64,000 nt of DNA, from the NCBI GenBank assembly GCA_963716145.1, contig OY970292.1:746169-810168 (forward strand), read 5' to 3'. The translations under genes and the position numbers were made by a program. The stretch is from Candidatus Levyibacteriota bacterium (lineage in GTDB: Bacteria; Patescibacteriota; Microgenomatia; Levybacterales; UBA12049). Shown piece by piece: positions 38,630 through 49,162 of this stretch. Under the pieces are notes generated by a model. It searched no databases, was not told the DNA's origin, and saw nothing but the letters and a program-made list of their open reading frames with translations. The first letter of the stretch is position 1. Each line of letters opens with the position of its first letter.

Positions 38630-40183
38630 TCAATATTTCTTTATCGGATCTGATTTTCCGGCAACTTCAATCATTAGATCTGCATCAAATATCTGGTTTA
38701 CGTTTATGGTTGTTTCATACTGGTCATCTCTTTCACTATACGAAACGATAATTGTATCTCCTAAGGTCACCCTCTCATCATTGTAATATTGAGTTCTAGA
38801 TTGGTTAAACTCCTCAGCAGGATTGCTCTCAAAATTTACGGTAAATATACGGCCTGAACTTGATTTAATCTTTACAGATTTATCGTTTATTTCCGTCAAA
38901 ACACCTGCAATTTGCTTCATAATCCGTTTATCATGTGTTTTATTTTCCAGAGTTTTTAAATCTAGTGGCGGCATCGGGGTAAATAATGGATTTTGCGCAG
39001 TTTCTCCGCCACCACTTGGGAAAAAATCAATGCTTCCCGTAAAGCTACAGCGATCCTGTGGATTACCATGACAGGTTGAAATACGCGTTACATAAGACGT
39101 CAAATGCGGATCATACCATTTAATATCAGGATTTACAGGTAAAATAACAACAGCAAGTATTTCCTGCTCTTTTAATTTTTCACTGGAGCTATACCCTCCT
39201 TGCTTCGGGGTAACGTTTATCATGATACTGGTGTTTAGAGTTATAGTCATAATGTTGGCGCCATCCTTCAACTCTTCAGTCGAGACCAGGGTGTGTCCTT
39301 TGTAGACTTTAACCGCAGGAGCAAGCTTTATTTTTGTGCTGGATGAAGGTGTATTATACATGTCAAGTAATTCCAATTGTTCGTTTTGACGTTTAGCAAC
39401 TTTATATACACTGACGGGGGTAATATATTGGATGATAGCACCCTCTTTGCCGTTTTCCGGTGATGGTTCTTTTATTTTCTCACTAAACTGGCGTCTAAGT
39501 TGATTGAAGAACTCTTCTGCCTCATCATAATTGCATGTGGCGGCGATAACTTTTTTTGCATCTTCATTGTTTATTTTTGCATTTTTCTTTAATTCGTAAC
39601 GACTAGTCATAGTAGGATTTCCAGATGTGCAGTCAGTATCAAATTCGATTCTGCCTGTTTGATTAATATGTTCTTTCAGAATTTGCAGCTTCTTCTGCTC
39701 TTCTTTCTGCGCATAACTGTAGCCTGAGAAACCTAAAATTGTGACTACCAAAAGAATGTTGGCAACAAGTAATCGTGGGGTCATTTTTAAAACTTTCATA
39801 GTAAATGTTTTTCTATTAGTTATACGGGTCTGAAAAAGAAAAGTTTCAAACTTTTTCCACAAGAACCACAAAGTACCGCTGAACAAAACTGTAAACAACT
39901 GAACTTTGGGCAACGACTCAACCAATGCTTCCAGATATAAAAAGCTTTGGCTTCTGACAAAAGTGTATTTATAAAAAACTAATTTAATCAGATAATCCAA
40001 GTCATTATTTAGCCATTTGGCAATTAATAAAATACTAGATATCACAAATAGGACAGCAACTATGCGTTGGGCCATCCTTATCCTTTTGGTTTGAGTAATC
40101 ATTTCCAAACTATCGTTTGCTAATCCCTTCCTGAGAGGGACAATAACCGGGTTTTCCTGTAATAATCGATCAAACTTATCCAT
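38630..40183 (-). CDS. Membrane protein with a large extracytoplasmic domain (putative anti-sigma/effector)
   Basis: Overlaps the stop of the ECF sigma; three TMs followed by a Cys-containing domain. Confidence 0.6.
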   Translation of the reverse strand: MDKFDRLLQENPVIVPLRKGLANDSLEMITQTKRIRMAQRIVAVLFVISSILLIAKWLNNDLDYLIKLVFYKYTFVRSQSFLYLEALVESLPKVQLFTVLFSGTLWFLWKKFETFLFQTRITNRKTFTMKVLKMTPRLLVANILLVVTILGFSGYSYAQKEEQKKLQILKEHINQTGRIEFDTDCTSGNPTMTSRYELKKNAKINNEDAKKVIAATCNYDEAEEFFNQLRRQFSEKIKEPSPENGKEGAIIQYITPVSVYKVAKRQNEQLELLDMYNTPSSSTKIKLAPAVKVYKGHTLVSTEELKDGANIMTITLNTSIMINVTPKQGGYSSSEKLKEQEILAVVILPVNPDIKWYDPHLTSYVTRISTCHGNPQDRCSFTGSIDFFPSGGGETAQNPLFTPMPPLDLKTLENKTHDKRIMKQIAGVLTEINDKSVKIKSSSGRIFTVNFESNPAEEFNQSRTQYYNDERVTLGDTIIVSYSERDDQYETTINVNQIFDADLMIEVAGKSDPIKKY

Positions 40184-40697
40184 TTAATTCCTCCTTTAAT
40201 TGCTCTTTTGCGCGCTTTAGCCAAGTCCTCACTGTGTTAACCGGCGTATTCATGATTTCCGAAATTTCCTCATATTTTTGATCCTGCCAGTAGTACAAAC
40301 TAATTACCGTTTGATATTTAAGCGGAAGCTTTCTAACTGCCTTATGCACTTCATTTGCAGTTTCTTTCTTCATCGCTTGCTCCTGCGGTGTAGGTGAATT
40401 GCTGACTGGTTCTGGAATGCCATCAAGTGATATATGCCGCCGTTTTCTCAGAAAATCAAGACAAAGATTGGTTGCAATTTTGTAAATCCAGGTTGAGAAG
40501 CGGTAATTCTCCTGATACTTTTTAAGATTAAGATACGCTTTTATGGACGCTTCCTGCGTCAGATCGTTGGCGGTTTCTTGATCGTAAACCATAGCAAAGC
40601 AGTGACGGACAAGTCCCGGCTGATACCTCTCAAGAAGCAACCTGTATTTATCGTCATCTCCTGCCAGGATCTGCCTGATTATCTCTTTTTCATCCAT
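40176..40697 (-). CDS. ECF sigma factor (SigW-like)
   Basis: DLTQEASIKAY, FSTWIYKIATNLCLD, YEEISEIMNTPVNTVRTWLKRAK; likely start MDEKE at 40697. Confidence 0.93.
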   Translation of the reverse strand: MDEKEIIRQILAGDDDKYRLLLERYQPGLVRHCFAMVYDQETANDLTQEASIKAYLNLKKYQENYRFSTWIYKIATNLCLDFLRKRRHISLDGIPEPVSNSPTPQEQAMKKETANEVHKAVRKLPLKYQTVISLYYWQDQKYEEISEIMNTPVNTVRTWLKRAKEQLKEELNG

Positions 40698-40711
40698 GTA
40701 TGCCTCTATTA

Positions 40712-40738
40712 TACGATGGCGCTTATGAAAAAGTTTCA
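40712..40738 (-). promoter_or_regulatory. SigW-type ECF promoter TGAAAC-N17-CGTA
   Basis: Lies 14 nt upstream of the ECF start codon and resembles the B. subtilis SigW consensus. Confidence 0.65.
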
Positions 40739-40790
40739 GTTTTGTCCCTTTTTTCCTCCTTCTGTGTTTACTGTTATAGAATAGATATCT

Positions 40791-41294
40791 ATGAAGCCGA
40801 ACTTTGAAACGACCGTCAAGCGGTACGTAAAACTGGTATATTTTTTTGCCCACCGCTGGTCTACGGGTCCAAAAGCGGAGATTGATGACATTGTCCAGGA
40901 AACTTTTTATAAAGCATTACAAAAATATGATTCATTTAAATTTTCAACTGAAAGCGGTCTAAAAGCATGGCTACTTACAATTTGCAGAAATCATATTTAC
41001 AAGACTGGAAGAAGAAAAAAAGAAATACTTTTGGAGCCAGAGGAGATGGAGCAAATACCGGATGGGAAAGACACTGACTCAATGCTTGAGGAACTTATCA
41101 AAAAAGAGCAGATCTCAATTATTTATGACTTTCTTGAAAAACGGCCATTTATTGAGCGGGAATTGGTCAGACTCTATACATACGAGGAGCTTAAATTTAA
41201 AGAAATTGCGATAGTTCTCGATTGCTCAGAAGACGCAGCAAAGAAAAGGTTTTATAGAATAATTGAAAAAATGAAAAAAGAAGCAAAAATATGA
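40791..41294 (+). CDS. ECF sigma factor
   Basis: DDIVQETFYKA, KAWLLTICRN, LKFKEIAIVLDCSEDAAKKRFYR. Confidence 0.9.
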   Translation: MKPNFETTVKRYVKLVYFFAHRWSTGPKAEIDDIVQETFYKALQKYDSFKFSTESGLKAWLLTICRNHIYKTGRRKKEILLEPEEMEQIPDGKDTDSMLEELIKKEQISIIYDFLEKRPFIERELVRLYTYEELKFKEIAIVLDCSEDAAKKRFYRIIEKMKKEAKI

Positions 41295-42295
41295 AATTAA
41301 GAAACGTACTTACAAGTTATTTCGAACACTCAGATCTGTCAGTTGGCGCAAAAACCGACTTCGAAAACTTGGAGAAAAACATTTTGGCAAGAGTTGTGCC
41401 AAAAAAGAAGAGAAGATTCTTTCCTGTCCCCCTAGTTTCTTTCTTTGCTCTTTTACTAGTTCTCCTAGGAGGATTTTTATATGTTAACTCTCATATCCAA
41501 CCAGTTTCGGCACAAGAGGTTATTGATAAAACTACGGAGGCTTTAAAAAATATTGAGCGCATACATTACAAAATTTATTATGGAGGTAAGCAATATGAAA
41601 AACCTCTAACCGATGAGGAGGTTGCTAAGATAGGCGGCCAGGGAACACGGCCAAAAAATAAAACCTATGAATTTTGGTATGATTTCAAAAATAGTATTAC
41701 CCGTGTGGAAATTCCCGAATATTCGGATGTATTATCCGGAAAAACTGTCCTAATAGAGAAAAAGATCGATTACAGAGACTCCTCTCTGCTTTACACTTAT
41801 AGAGCAGATGAACATAGTAAAGAAGGTTTATTTCAAGATTATCAAGGCATACGAACTTTTGCCTACCAGCAGGAAAGTGTCTTTAAAATAAATGGTCCGA
41901 GTGATCCACGTAAAAAGTTCGAGGAATTACTTGCTTCTTTTAAGAAAAATGACGGAACTAAACTTGAGACAGTAAACGAAAATGGGAAAGACTATTACCA
42001 GCTGATTCTTCAATTGCCCTACGATGAAAAAAATCCTCTTATGCAGATAACCGGCTATACTCTTTTTCTTGAAAAAGAGACGTATAAACCATACAAGGAG
42101 ATTCAATCTTATGATAATGGAAAAGGCACAATAGAGCTAACTTATCAGGAGGTTGATTCGGACTTTGATGATTCGATCTTTGGACCTGTCCCACCAAAAG
42201 GATATACGATCGCGCAAAACCTAAAGGTGAAATTTGCCAACAGATTTGAGAAAGCAGGCCCATATTCCTGTCCGCTTGTTGGAGAGACCCAATGA
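41291..42295 (+). CDS. Putative anti-sigma factor (single TM, LolA-like extracytoplasmic fold)
   Basis: ATGA-coupled to the sigma; TM, SAQEVI, LFLEKETYKP, DSIFGPVPPKG. Confidence 0.6.
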   Translation: MKLRNVLTSYFEHSDLSVGAKTDFENLEKNILARVVPKKKRRFFPVPLVSFFALLLVLLGGFLYVNSHIQPVSAQEVIDKTTEALKNIERIHYKIYYGGKQYEKPLTDEEVAKIGGQGTRPKNKTYEFWYDFKNSITRVEIPEYSDVLSGKTVLIEKKIDYRDSSLLYTYRADEHSKEGLFQDYQGIRTFAYQQESVFKINGPSDPRKKFEELLASFKKNDGTKLETVNENGKDYYQLILQLPYDEKNPLMQITGYTLFLEKETYKPYKEIQSYDNGKGTIELTYQEVDSDFDDSIFGPVPPKGYTIAQNLKVKFANRFEKAGPYSCPLVGETQ

Positions 42296-42669
42296 TAGAT
42301 CCGAAAGCTGAGGACAATCATACTGGCTGCGCAGACGGAGTATATGGAACATACACTCCCGACATTGAATTGCTTAACGACAAAGGCCTTATGTTTTCAC
42401 CTGGAAATATGCCTGTAGTAGGTCTGAGTTTCAAACTCTATAAATCCAAACAAACTTTTGCAACCGAGGAAGAAGCAAAACAAGCAAACGCGGCAGATCA
42501 CGTGGAGTTAAAATCTGCAAATGGTGAATTGGTTTATCCTGAAACAGAAAAGCCTGTTCCCAACACTTTTAGAAAGTTCAAACTTGAGATGGTTGATTCC
42601 AAAACAGGTGAAAAAATTGATGAAATCGAGACGATTCAGGAGATAATATTAACCGAAGTAAAAGGATGA
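42292..42669 (+). CDS. Hypothetical protein (possibly the frameshifted C-terminus of the previous gene)
   Basis: ATGA overlap; one extra C in the ccc run at 42288-42290 would fuse the two ORFs. Confidence 0.55.
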   Translation: MIDPKAEDNHTGCADGVYGTYTPDIELLNDKGLMFSPGNMPVVGLSFKLYKSKQTFATEEEAKQANAADHVELKSANGELVYPETEKPVPNTFRKFKLEMVDSKTGEKIDEIETIQEIILTEVKG

Positions 42670-42710
42670 ATTTGTTTGCATTTAGAATCTTTTCTTGAAA
42701 TACTGTAAAT

Positions 42711-43745
42711 ATGGATAAAACAACGGAAACACCAGGTACACAACCAGCTTCTTCCACTCAACCAAGTAAGCCTTACGGCAGGAATTGGAAAAAGTTAATT
42801 TTAATTTACTTAATTATCGGAGCTATTCTTTATGGTGGGATATATTATTTTGTGTTATCAAAACAAAATTCTAAGCCTTACTCCACCCCAGTTTCCAAAT
42901 CTATCTCTTCCCCCACTCCCGACCCAACTGCTGATTGGAAAACGTATACAAATAACAAATTCAACTACTCGATCAGGTATCCTTCAGCAACATTTTTCAA
43001 TTGCAGCAAAGATGGTTTTGAGCTATTCAAGGGAGTTGATGAAAGCACCTGTACTGCCGGAGAAACACCGACTGATTTTTACATACAAACAGTTGGCAAC
43101 TCTACCAACTACAAAGAAAGTAATGAATGCGTTACGGTTAATAAGCAACATATTAAACTAGCAAGTGGCATCTCAGCGACAAAATATACCTATGCACGCA
43201 CCGCTATGGAAGGACCGTGTCAAAAATATAACGGTTATCCTAAGTCAGCTCACTACGAAATCCTTATTGCAAATACCTTATTGGATATCTACATATTTGA
43301 AAAGGAAGACCTGATCAAGAATCAAATTCTCCAAACCTTTAAATTCACCGATCAAGCAGCTAGCCAAAGTTCTACTAAATATCTTTCTGTAGATGCTTGG
43401 AAGGTAAGGTTGCCAATTGGTGCCAATCTTGCCAATTTAGATACGCTGCCTCCGGAAAAATCTATATATTCCTCAACCGCAACAGATCAGATGGTTAAGG
43501 TTTTGGCCCCAGATCTTGATGCTGGCTGGCTATGCTCCGGTAGTACAGGAGCTACTATTGGAAGTATCTCTCGTTCAGAAAGCGATATAAGATCCGGGCC
43601 TTACAAACCCCTCGCAACTAAAAAGATTGGTAACTATATTTACGGCTATGAAGCAACTCCAACCAGCAATTGCACAAGTGATCCTAAATACCAAGAACTG
43701 GTAAAAGAATTCACATCAGCATTTAGCTCAATTGAAAGTTATTAA
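42711..43745 (+). CDS. Membrane-anchored extracellular protein
   Basis: TM, P/S/T linker, DPTADWKTYTN..YSIRYP, QILQTFKFTD, paired Cys. Confidence 0.75.
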   Translation: MDKTTETPGTQPASSTQPSKPYGRNWKKLILIYLIIGAILYGGIYYFVLSKQNSKPYSTPVSKSISSPTPDPTADWKTYTNNKFNYSIRYPSATFFNCSKDGFELFKGVDESTCTAGETPTDFYIQTVGNSTNYKESNECVTVNKQHIKLASGISATKYTYARTAMEGPCQKYNGYPKSAHYEILIANTLLDIYIFEKEDLIKNQILQTFKFTDQAASQSSTKYLSVDAWKVRLPIGANLANLDTLPPEKSIYSSTATDQMVKVLAPDLDAGWLCSGSTGATIGSISRSESDIRSGPYKPLATKKIGNYIYGYEATPTSNCTSDPKYQELVKEFTSAFSSIESY

Positions 43746-43814
43746 AATAATTGTAAAGCAGACAAGAACCCCCAATATGTATTAAGGATTAATAAAACCT
43801 GCTATTATATTTTT

Positions 43815-45347
43815 ATGCTAGCGAAAGTTATGTCTGCTGCAGTTGTTGGCTTGGATGCTGTGCCTATTGAGGTTGAGATCGATATCGCCGCACAAGGTCT
43901 GCCAAATTTTTTTATTGTCGGATTACCAGATAAAGCAGTAGATGAGGCCAAAGAACGGGTCAGATCTGCGATTAAGAACACTGGGGCAGACTTTCCTGCC
44001 AAAAGGATAACTGTGAATCTCGCACCCGCAGATCTTCCCAAAGAAGGCGCTTCATACGATCTGCCTATTGCCTTAGGAATACTCATCGCATCAGGCCAGA
44101 TTGATGCAGATATTTCAAACTTTCTATTCTCAGGAGAACTATCACTGGACGGCAGGGTCAGATCAATCAATGGCGCGCTTCCTCTGGCCATAACCGCAAA
44201 GGAGAAGAAAATAAGCAGTATCTTTCTGCCGGTTGATAATGCAGCTGAGGCTGGAATAGTTCAGGGACTTGATGTTTATCCGGTGGCGACACTTAAACAG
44301 CTTTTCTTACATCTTACGGGAGGCACGCCGATTGTAAAGCAAAAACCTGTGAAGTTCTCCACAAAAACCTCCGCGGAGGTTTTTGATTACGATATGAAGG
44401 AAATAAAAGGCCAGCAACAGACCAAAAGGGCACTCGAAATAGCAGCAGCTGGTGCGCATAATATTCTTCTCAAAGGCCCGCCCGGAGCCGGAAAGACATT
44501 GCTCGCGCGCACGTTCCCATCTATTCTTCCGAGCCTGACGTTTGAGGAAATGATCGAGGTAACCAAAATTTACAGTATCGCTGGGCTTTTGGGAAAAGAG
44601 CCGATGATAAATAAACGCCCCTTCCGATCGCCTCATCATTCAACATCTCTGATCGGGCTTATCGGAGGGGGTGCTAATCCCAAACCAGGGGAAGTCACTC
44701 TCGCCCACCGCGGAGTGCTTTTTCTTGATGAATTTCCTGAATTCCCTAGATTTGTTCTTGAATCTCTCAGACAGCCGATTGAGGATAACATCGTTTCCAT
44801 CTCCCGCGCCAAGGGCAAAACCACTTTTCCAGCCCAATGCATGCTGGTGGCCGCCCAAAACCCGTGCATGTGTGGATATCTTGGGGATAAGTACCATGAA
44901 TGCACCTGCGCTCCATCCCAAATCCTCAAATATCAGAAGAAGGTTTCCGGCCCGCTTCTGGACAGAATAGATATCCATATCGATGTTCCGGCTGTAAAAG
45001 TCCACAAGCTAACTGAGGAAGATTTGGGCGTTGAAGACTCGGCCAAAATCCGCAAAAGAGTGCAAAAAGCCCGTGATCTCCAGCTAAAACGCTATAAGGG
45101 AAGTAAAATTGGCTCAAATGCCGAGCTGAATAATAAAAGTATCAAAGTCTATTGCATATTGTCTGAAGAATGTCTCCAGCTCTTGCGCCTAGCAGTAAGT
45201 AAGATGCATTTGTCAGGAAGATCGTACTACAGAACGATCAAACTCGCCCGTACAATAGCTGATCTGGAAAATGTGGATACCATAGCCCCAAATCACATCG
45301 CGGAGGCTCTCCAATACCGCCCAAAAGTTGAAAACACCTTAACATAA
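43815..45347 (+). CDS. comM: YifB/ComM Mg-chelatase-like AAA+ ATPase
   Basis: VNLAPADLPKEG, GPPGAGKT, FRSPHH, LFLDEFPEF, SGPLLDRID. Confidence 0.96.
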   Translation: MLAKVMSAAVVGLDAVPIEVEIDIAAQGLPNFFIVGLPDKAVDEAKERVRSAIKNTGADFPAKRITVNLAPADLPKEGASYDLPIALGILIASGQIDADISNFLFSGELSLDGRVRSINGALPLAITAKEKKISSIFLPVDNAAEAGIVQGLDVYPVATLKQLFLHLTGGTPIVKQKPVKFSTKTSAEVFDYDMKEIKGQQQTKRALEIAAAGAHNILLKGPPGAGKTLLARTFPSILPSLTFEEMIEVTKIYSIAGLLGKEPMINKRPFRSPHHSTSLIGLIGGGANPKPGEVTLAHRGVLFLDEFPEFPRFVLESLRQPIEDNIVSISRAKGKTTFPAQCMLVAAQNPCMCGYLGDKYHECTCAPSQILKYQKKVSGPLLDRIDIHIDVPAVKVHKLTEEDLGVEDSAKIRKRVQKARDLQLKRYKGSKIGSNAELNNKSIKVYCILSEECLQLLRLAVSKMHLSGRSYYRTIKLARTIADLENVDTIAPNHIAEALQYRPKVENTLT

Positions 45348-45408
45348 GCTACTTATTTTTTACCTCCTACTTTCCTCTTAACTATTTTTTACTTCTTTAT
45401 CTTAAAAC

Positions 45409-45437
45409 TTGACAATTTTATGCATATGTGTTAGAAT
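45409..45437 (+). promoter_or_regulatory. Near-consensus sigma70 promoter
   Basis: TTGACA-N17-TAGAAT with an extended TG. Confidence 0.75.
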
Positions 45438-45470
45438 TAGTTATTAATTGTTAAATTGAGTAATAATTTT

Positions 45471-47213
45471 ATGAACCAAACTACCTTACTTTCTACGGAT
45501 GCAGCATGCAAACTTCTTGGAGTTACTAGACAAACGCTTTATAAATTGCTTGAAAAGGGAGAGATTCCTGGAAAAAAAGTTGGGGGTAGCTATAAATTTG
45601 TACAGCAGCAGCTTCTTGACTACATGAATAACAACTCAAAGCAAAATGAATATAAAGAATGGGAACTAAAGGGAGATTTTGCCACAGAAGGAATTAAAAA
45701 AATGGCAAAAAGAACTTTTCAAGAACTTGCCTCAAACTTAGAAGAATTAATAGCAAACGCTTACGATGCTGATGCTACTGAAGTACAAGTAACCATCGAC
45801 CAAGATAAGAAAACATTAAGTATCACAGATGATGGCAGCGGAATGGATGAAAAATCACTTTCCTCTTATGTAATTTATGGAGAAAGTCAGAAAGATACTA
45901 ACTACAGATCTCCCAAGTTTAAGCGAGCACCCATAGGGGAATATGGAATGGGCGGCAAGCTGGCCATCACAAATATCTGCAATCTTTGTAAAATCATAAC
46001 CAGAAAGCAGGGCAAAGAACACATATTTAGCATGAATAGAGCAGATCTCGATAAGGCAAAATTTGTTAGCGATATTACAAGCAAAGTACTAACAAAAAAT
46101 TGCTCCCCCACTCTTAACGGTACATCAATACATATGGAAAAATTATTTTCTAAAACTATAGACAGTGAGAGATTATTAGAAAGATTTTCTACTAAAATGC
46201 CAAAGAGTCAGAATTTTAAAATAACTGTAATAATCATAAAAGACAATGAGAGGAAAGAAATTGAAGTAAAAGAACCAGAATTTGAATATGAAGAAAAATT
46301 TGATTTTAGTGAAAAATTGAACTTAATAGGAGATGCCAGAATGACCATTTATTTCACAAAAGAACCCATTTCCCCTACCAAACAAGGGGTGTGGACTAGG
46401 GTAAACGGAAGAATTGTTAACGAAAAAGCAGAATGGTTTGACTTATTTAGAGCGACATCTGGAACTAGATATCGATATAGGCTGTTTGGTTATGGTGAAG
46501 CTAATGGTTTAAAAGATTTTGTTACTTTTTCCAAAAACGATTTTATTGATTGCCCGGAATATAGAGAATATTGGAATTTTGGTCACAAAAATATTTTAAA
46601 AGTTCAAAACAGCTTACTTAAAAGGGATGACGATGCAAAAAAAGTCCGAGACAGAACTATTGTAAAATCAGTAGAAGATGAAATCAATAAGATAGTCTCA
46701 AGGCTTGATACTCCTTCTATTTTGGGCGGCCTAGAATCAAAAATTAAGAAAGAGTTTACAAAGGAAATAGAAAATGCTCCCGAAACAGCTTACCCAAATT
46801 TTGAAGCGGTTGAAAAAGAAGCGGAGAAAATAGCAAATGATGTAAAAAGAGGGAAAGACAGAAGAGAACGCAGAAATCAAAGTCTTACCTCTAGTGAAAA
46901 AGTAAATTTTTCAGGTAAAAACTATTCTATAATTACCGTCAATTTATCAGAAAAGGGTGATCTAGTAAAGTTTGTGAAGGAAAAAAATTTGATAGAAATT
47001 AACGAAAGACATCCACTTTACAACAAATCTTCAAGCGATAATAACCTAGAAAGTTTTATTATGAATATTGCATTTACTGAAATTGCTCTGGATTACAGTG
47101 ATGGAAACTTTTTGAGTTTTGATAGTGTATTTAATGCCTTAGCAAGAATTGCTTCTGAGAAGGTTACAGTAAGTCAAATTACAGAACAAACCATTCGAGA
47201 TACTACCAATTAA
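45471..47213 (+). CDS. Excisionase-type HTH fused to a GHKL (MORC-like) ATPase
   Basis: LLSTDAACKLLGVTRQTLYKLLEKGEIPGKKVGGSYKF; EELIANAYDADA, DDGSGM, GEYGMGGK, NGT; VNGRIV; C-terminal EINERHPLY. Confidence 0.88.
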   Translation: MNQTTLLSTDAACKLLGVTRQTLYKLLEKGEIPGKKVGGSYKFVQQQLLDYMNNNSKQNEYKEWELKGDFATEGIKKMAKRTFQELASNLEELIANAYDADATEVQVTIDQDKKTLSITDDGSGMDEKSLSSYVIYGESQKDTNYRSPKFKRAPIGEYGMGGKLAITNICNLCKIITRKQGKEHIFSMNRADLDKAKFVSDITSKVLTKNCSPTLNGTSIHMEKLFSKTIDSERLLERFSTKMPKSQNFKITVIIIKDNERKEIEVKEPEFEYEEKFDFSEKLNLIGDARMTIYFTKEPISPTKQGVWTRVNGRIVNEKAEWFDLFRATSGTRYRYRLFGYGEANGLKDFVTFSKNDFIDCPEYREYWNFGHKNILKVQNSLLKRDDDAKKVRDRTIVKSVEDEINKIVSRLDTPSILGGLESKIKKEFTKEIENAPETAYPNFEAVEKEAEKIANDVKRGKDRRERRNQSLTSSEKVNFSGKNYSIITVNLSEKGDLVKFVKEKNLIEINERHPLYNKSSSDNNLESFIMNIAFTEIALDYSDGNFLSFDSVFNALARIASEKVTVSQITEQTIRDTTN

Positions 47214-48076
47214 TGATGCAATTAGAATTGCCACTTCAGCAGAAAAAAAGGAAAAAATATAAATCGAGACAATCGGTAAAATACACTCCAAGCAAAGATC
47301 AGACTAGTAAATTACTAATGATAGAAGAGCTCTATTATCAAAAAGGTACCTTGCAAAAGACTGCTGACCATTTAGGACTAACAAAACAAAGAGTAAGTCA
47401 GCTATTAAATAAGGGTAAAAAATACAAACTTTACACATATGAGTTGGCTAGAAAAAGAAATTTGAAAAATCTAGCGGAGAAAATTGGAAGAGAAAACTTA
47501 ATAAGAGAAATAAAAAATGAAATAATAATACCTAAGATATGTAAAAAATTGGGTATAGATATTGTAGACTTCCATAAATTAATTAAGCATTTTGAACTTG
47601 ACTATCAAGACTATAATTTAAGCGCAAGACAGAGAAGATATATAAGAATGTATATGAACATAGTTGATGAGCTAGGACATCATCCCTCTACAACAGAGAT
47701 GAACACTAGAACAAAATGGAGAGGTGTGTGGTCTGGTTTATCCAGACACTGGAACAGCATGGAAAAATTCAGAAGGGAGTTTGGAATTGAACAACCACCG
47801 AGATTTATTCATCCCAATACAATAGTGGGTTTTAGGGAACATAAAATTAAAGTTAAACAAAAAAAGGCAACAAATATAGATAAAATTAGAGAACTCCTCC
47901 AAAATTATAGTATCCCAGTAAACATAGAGATGATTGCTAGTAATTTCACTTGCGCTCGAGGTACAATAAATAACTATCTCACAACACTCATATCTACAGG
48001 AGAGATAATTAAAATCAGAGAAGGCAAACGTGTAAAATATACGCTTAAAAAAACGCACATTAACTCAAGTATATAA
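47213..48076 (+). CDS. Basic multi-HTH putative DNA-binding protein
   Basis: TLQKTADHLGLTKQRVSQLL, KICKKLGI, ELGHHPSTTEM (resembles the homing-endonuclease-associated repeat), C-terminal winged HTH. Confidence 0.7.
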   Translation: MMQLELPLQQKKRKKYKSRQSVKYTPSKDQTSKLLMIEELYYQKGTLQKTADHLGLTKQRVSQLLNKGKKYKLYTYELARKRNLKNLAEKIGRENLIREIKNEIIIPKICKKLGIDIVDFHKLIKHFELDYQDYNLSARQRRYIRMYMNIVDELGHHPSTTEMNTRTKWRGVWSGLSRHWNSMEKFRREFGIEQPPRFIHPNTIVGFREHKIKVKQKKATNIDKIRELLQNYSIPVNIEMIASNFTCARGTINNYLTTLISTGEIIKIREGKRVKYTLKKTHINSSI

Positions 48077-48113
48077 CCCTAGATTCAGCTTTTAAAGAAA
48101 AAGCTATAAGATT

Positions 48114-49148
48114 TTATATCAGCTTCTGCTGTTTGCCACCCTTTTCTTCAGGATGAGTTGCACCTATGTGTTCGTAGGCGGCTTTTGTGGCGATTCTGCC
48201 TCTTGGAGACCGCTTGATAAAACCTAACTGCAATAGATACGGCTCGACCACGTCTTCAAGCGTGCCTGAATCCTCAGATATTGTTGATGCAATTGTCTCA
48301 ACCCCCACCGGTCCACCGCTATGCTTCTCAATTATTGATCTTAAGAACTTTATATCCAGCGGATCTAGGCCTTTCTCGTCCACCTCAAGCATCTCAAGAG
48401 CTTTTTTTGAAGCATCAAGGTCAATATGCCCTTTTCCTTTAACCTGCGCGTAGTCCCTGACTCTTTTAAGAATCTTGAGGGCAATCCTGGGCGTGCCCCG
48501 TGCGCGAAGGGCAATTTCCTTAATACTTTGCGCGTCAATTGCAATCTTGAGCTTATTGGCGGCTTCCTGAATGATCTTTCCAAGCTCCGAAGGCGTATAA
48601 AAGTTAAGCCTGTGTGTTACCCCAAATCTGTCCCTCAGTGGCGCTGAGAGCAGTCCTGCACGGGTTGTGGCACCAATGATAGTAAACTGCGGCAAATCAA
48701 GCCTTACGGTTCTTGCTGAAGGACCTTTGCCAAGAACTATATCAAGAGCATAGTCCTCCATCGCGGGATACAAGGTCTCCTCAACTGTTGTATTTAGCCT
48801 GTGGATTTCGTCAATAAATAATATGTCGCCCTTTTCCAGATTTGTCAGAATTGAAGCCAGATCACCTGATCGCTCAAGAGCAGGACCTGATGTGACACGA
48901 ATATTGGCCTTCATTTTACGGGCTATAATGTGAGAAAGAGTTGTCTTACCAAGTCCCGGAGGACCATATAGAAGAATGTGCTCAATTGCTTCTTTTCGCT
49001 TTCCGGCAGCCTCAATCGCGATTTGAAGCGAAGCCTTAATATTCTCCTGCCCATGAAAATCCTCCCAAGACGAAGCTCGCAGAGAGACAAAAAGTTTCTC
49101 TTCCTCTGGAGTAATTTCTTCTTTTGTTTGTAACTTTACTTTACTCAT
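48114..49148 (-). CDS. ruvB: Holliday junction helicase RuvB
   Basis: [31 protein letters not shown]. Confidence 0.98.
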   Translation of the reverse strand: MSKVKLQTKEEITPEEEKLFVSLRASSWEDFHGQENIKASLQIAIEAAGKRKEAIEHILLYGPPGLGKTTLSHIIARKMKANIRVTSGPALERSGDLASILTNLEKGDILFIDEIHRLNTTVEETLYPAMEDYALDIVLGKGPSARTVRLDLPQFTIIGATTRAGLLSAPLRDRFGVTHRLNFYTPSELGKIIQEAANKLKIAIDAQSIKEIALRARGTPRIALKILKRVRDYAQVKGKGHIDLDASKKALEMLEVDEKGLDPLDIKFLRSIIEKHSGGPVGVETIASTISEDSGTLEDVVEPYLLQLGFIKRSPRGRIATKAAYEHIGATHPEEKGGKQQKLI

Positions 49149-49162
49149 GTTGCTGCTCGCTC

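Noticed and set aside
40698-40853. N-terminal extension of the minus-strand ECF sigma in the ORF track
   Set aside because: It overlaps the divergent sigma gene and the promoter; the sigma domain starts at 40697.
43815-48114. Island inserted into comM
   Set aside because: comM is intact, and no flanking direct repeats or integrase were found.
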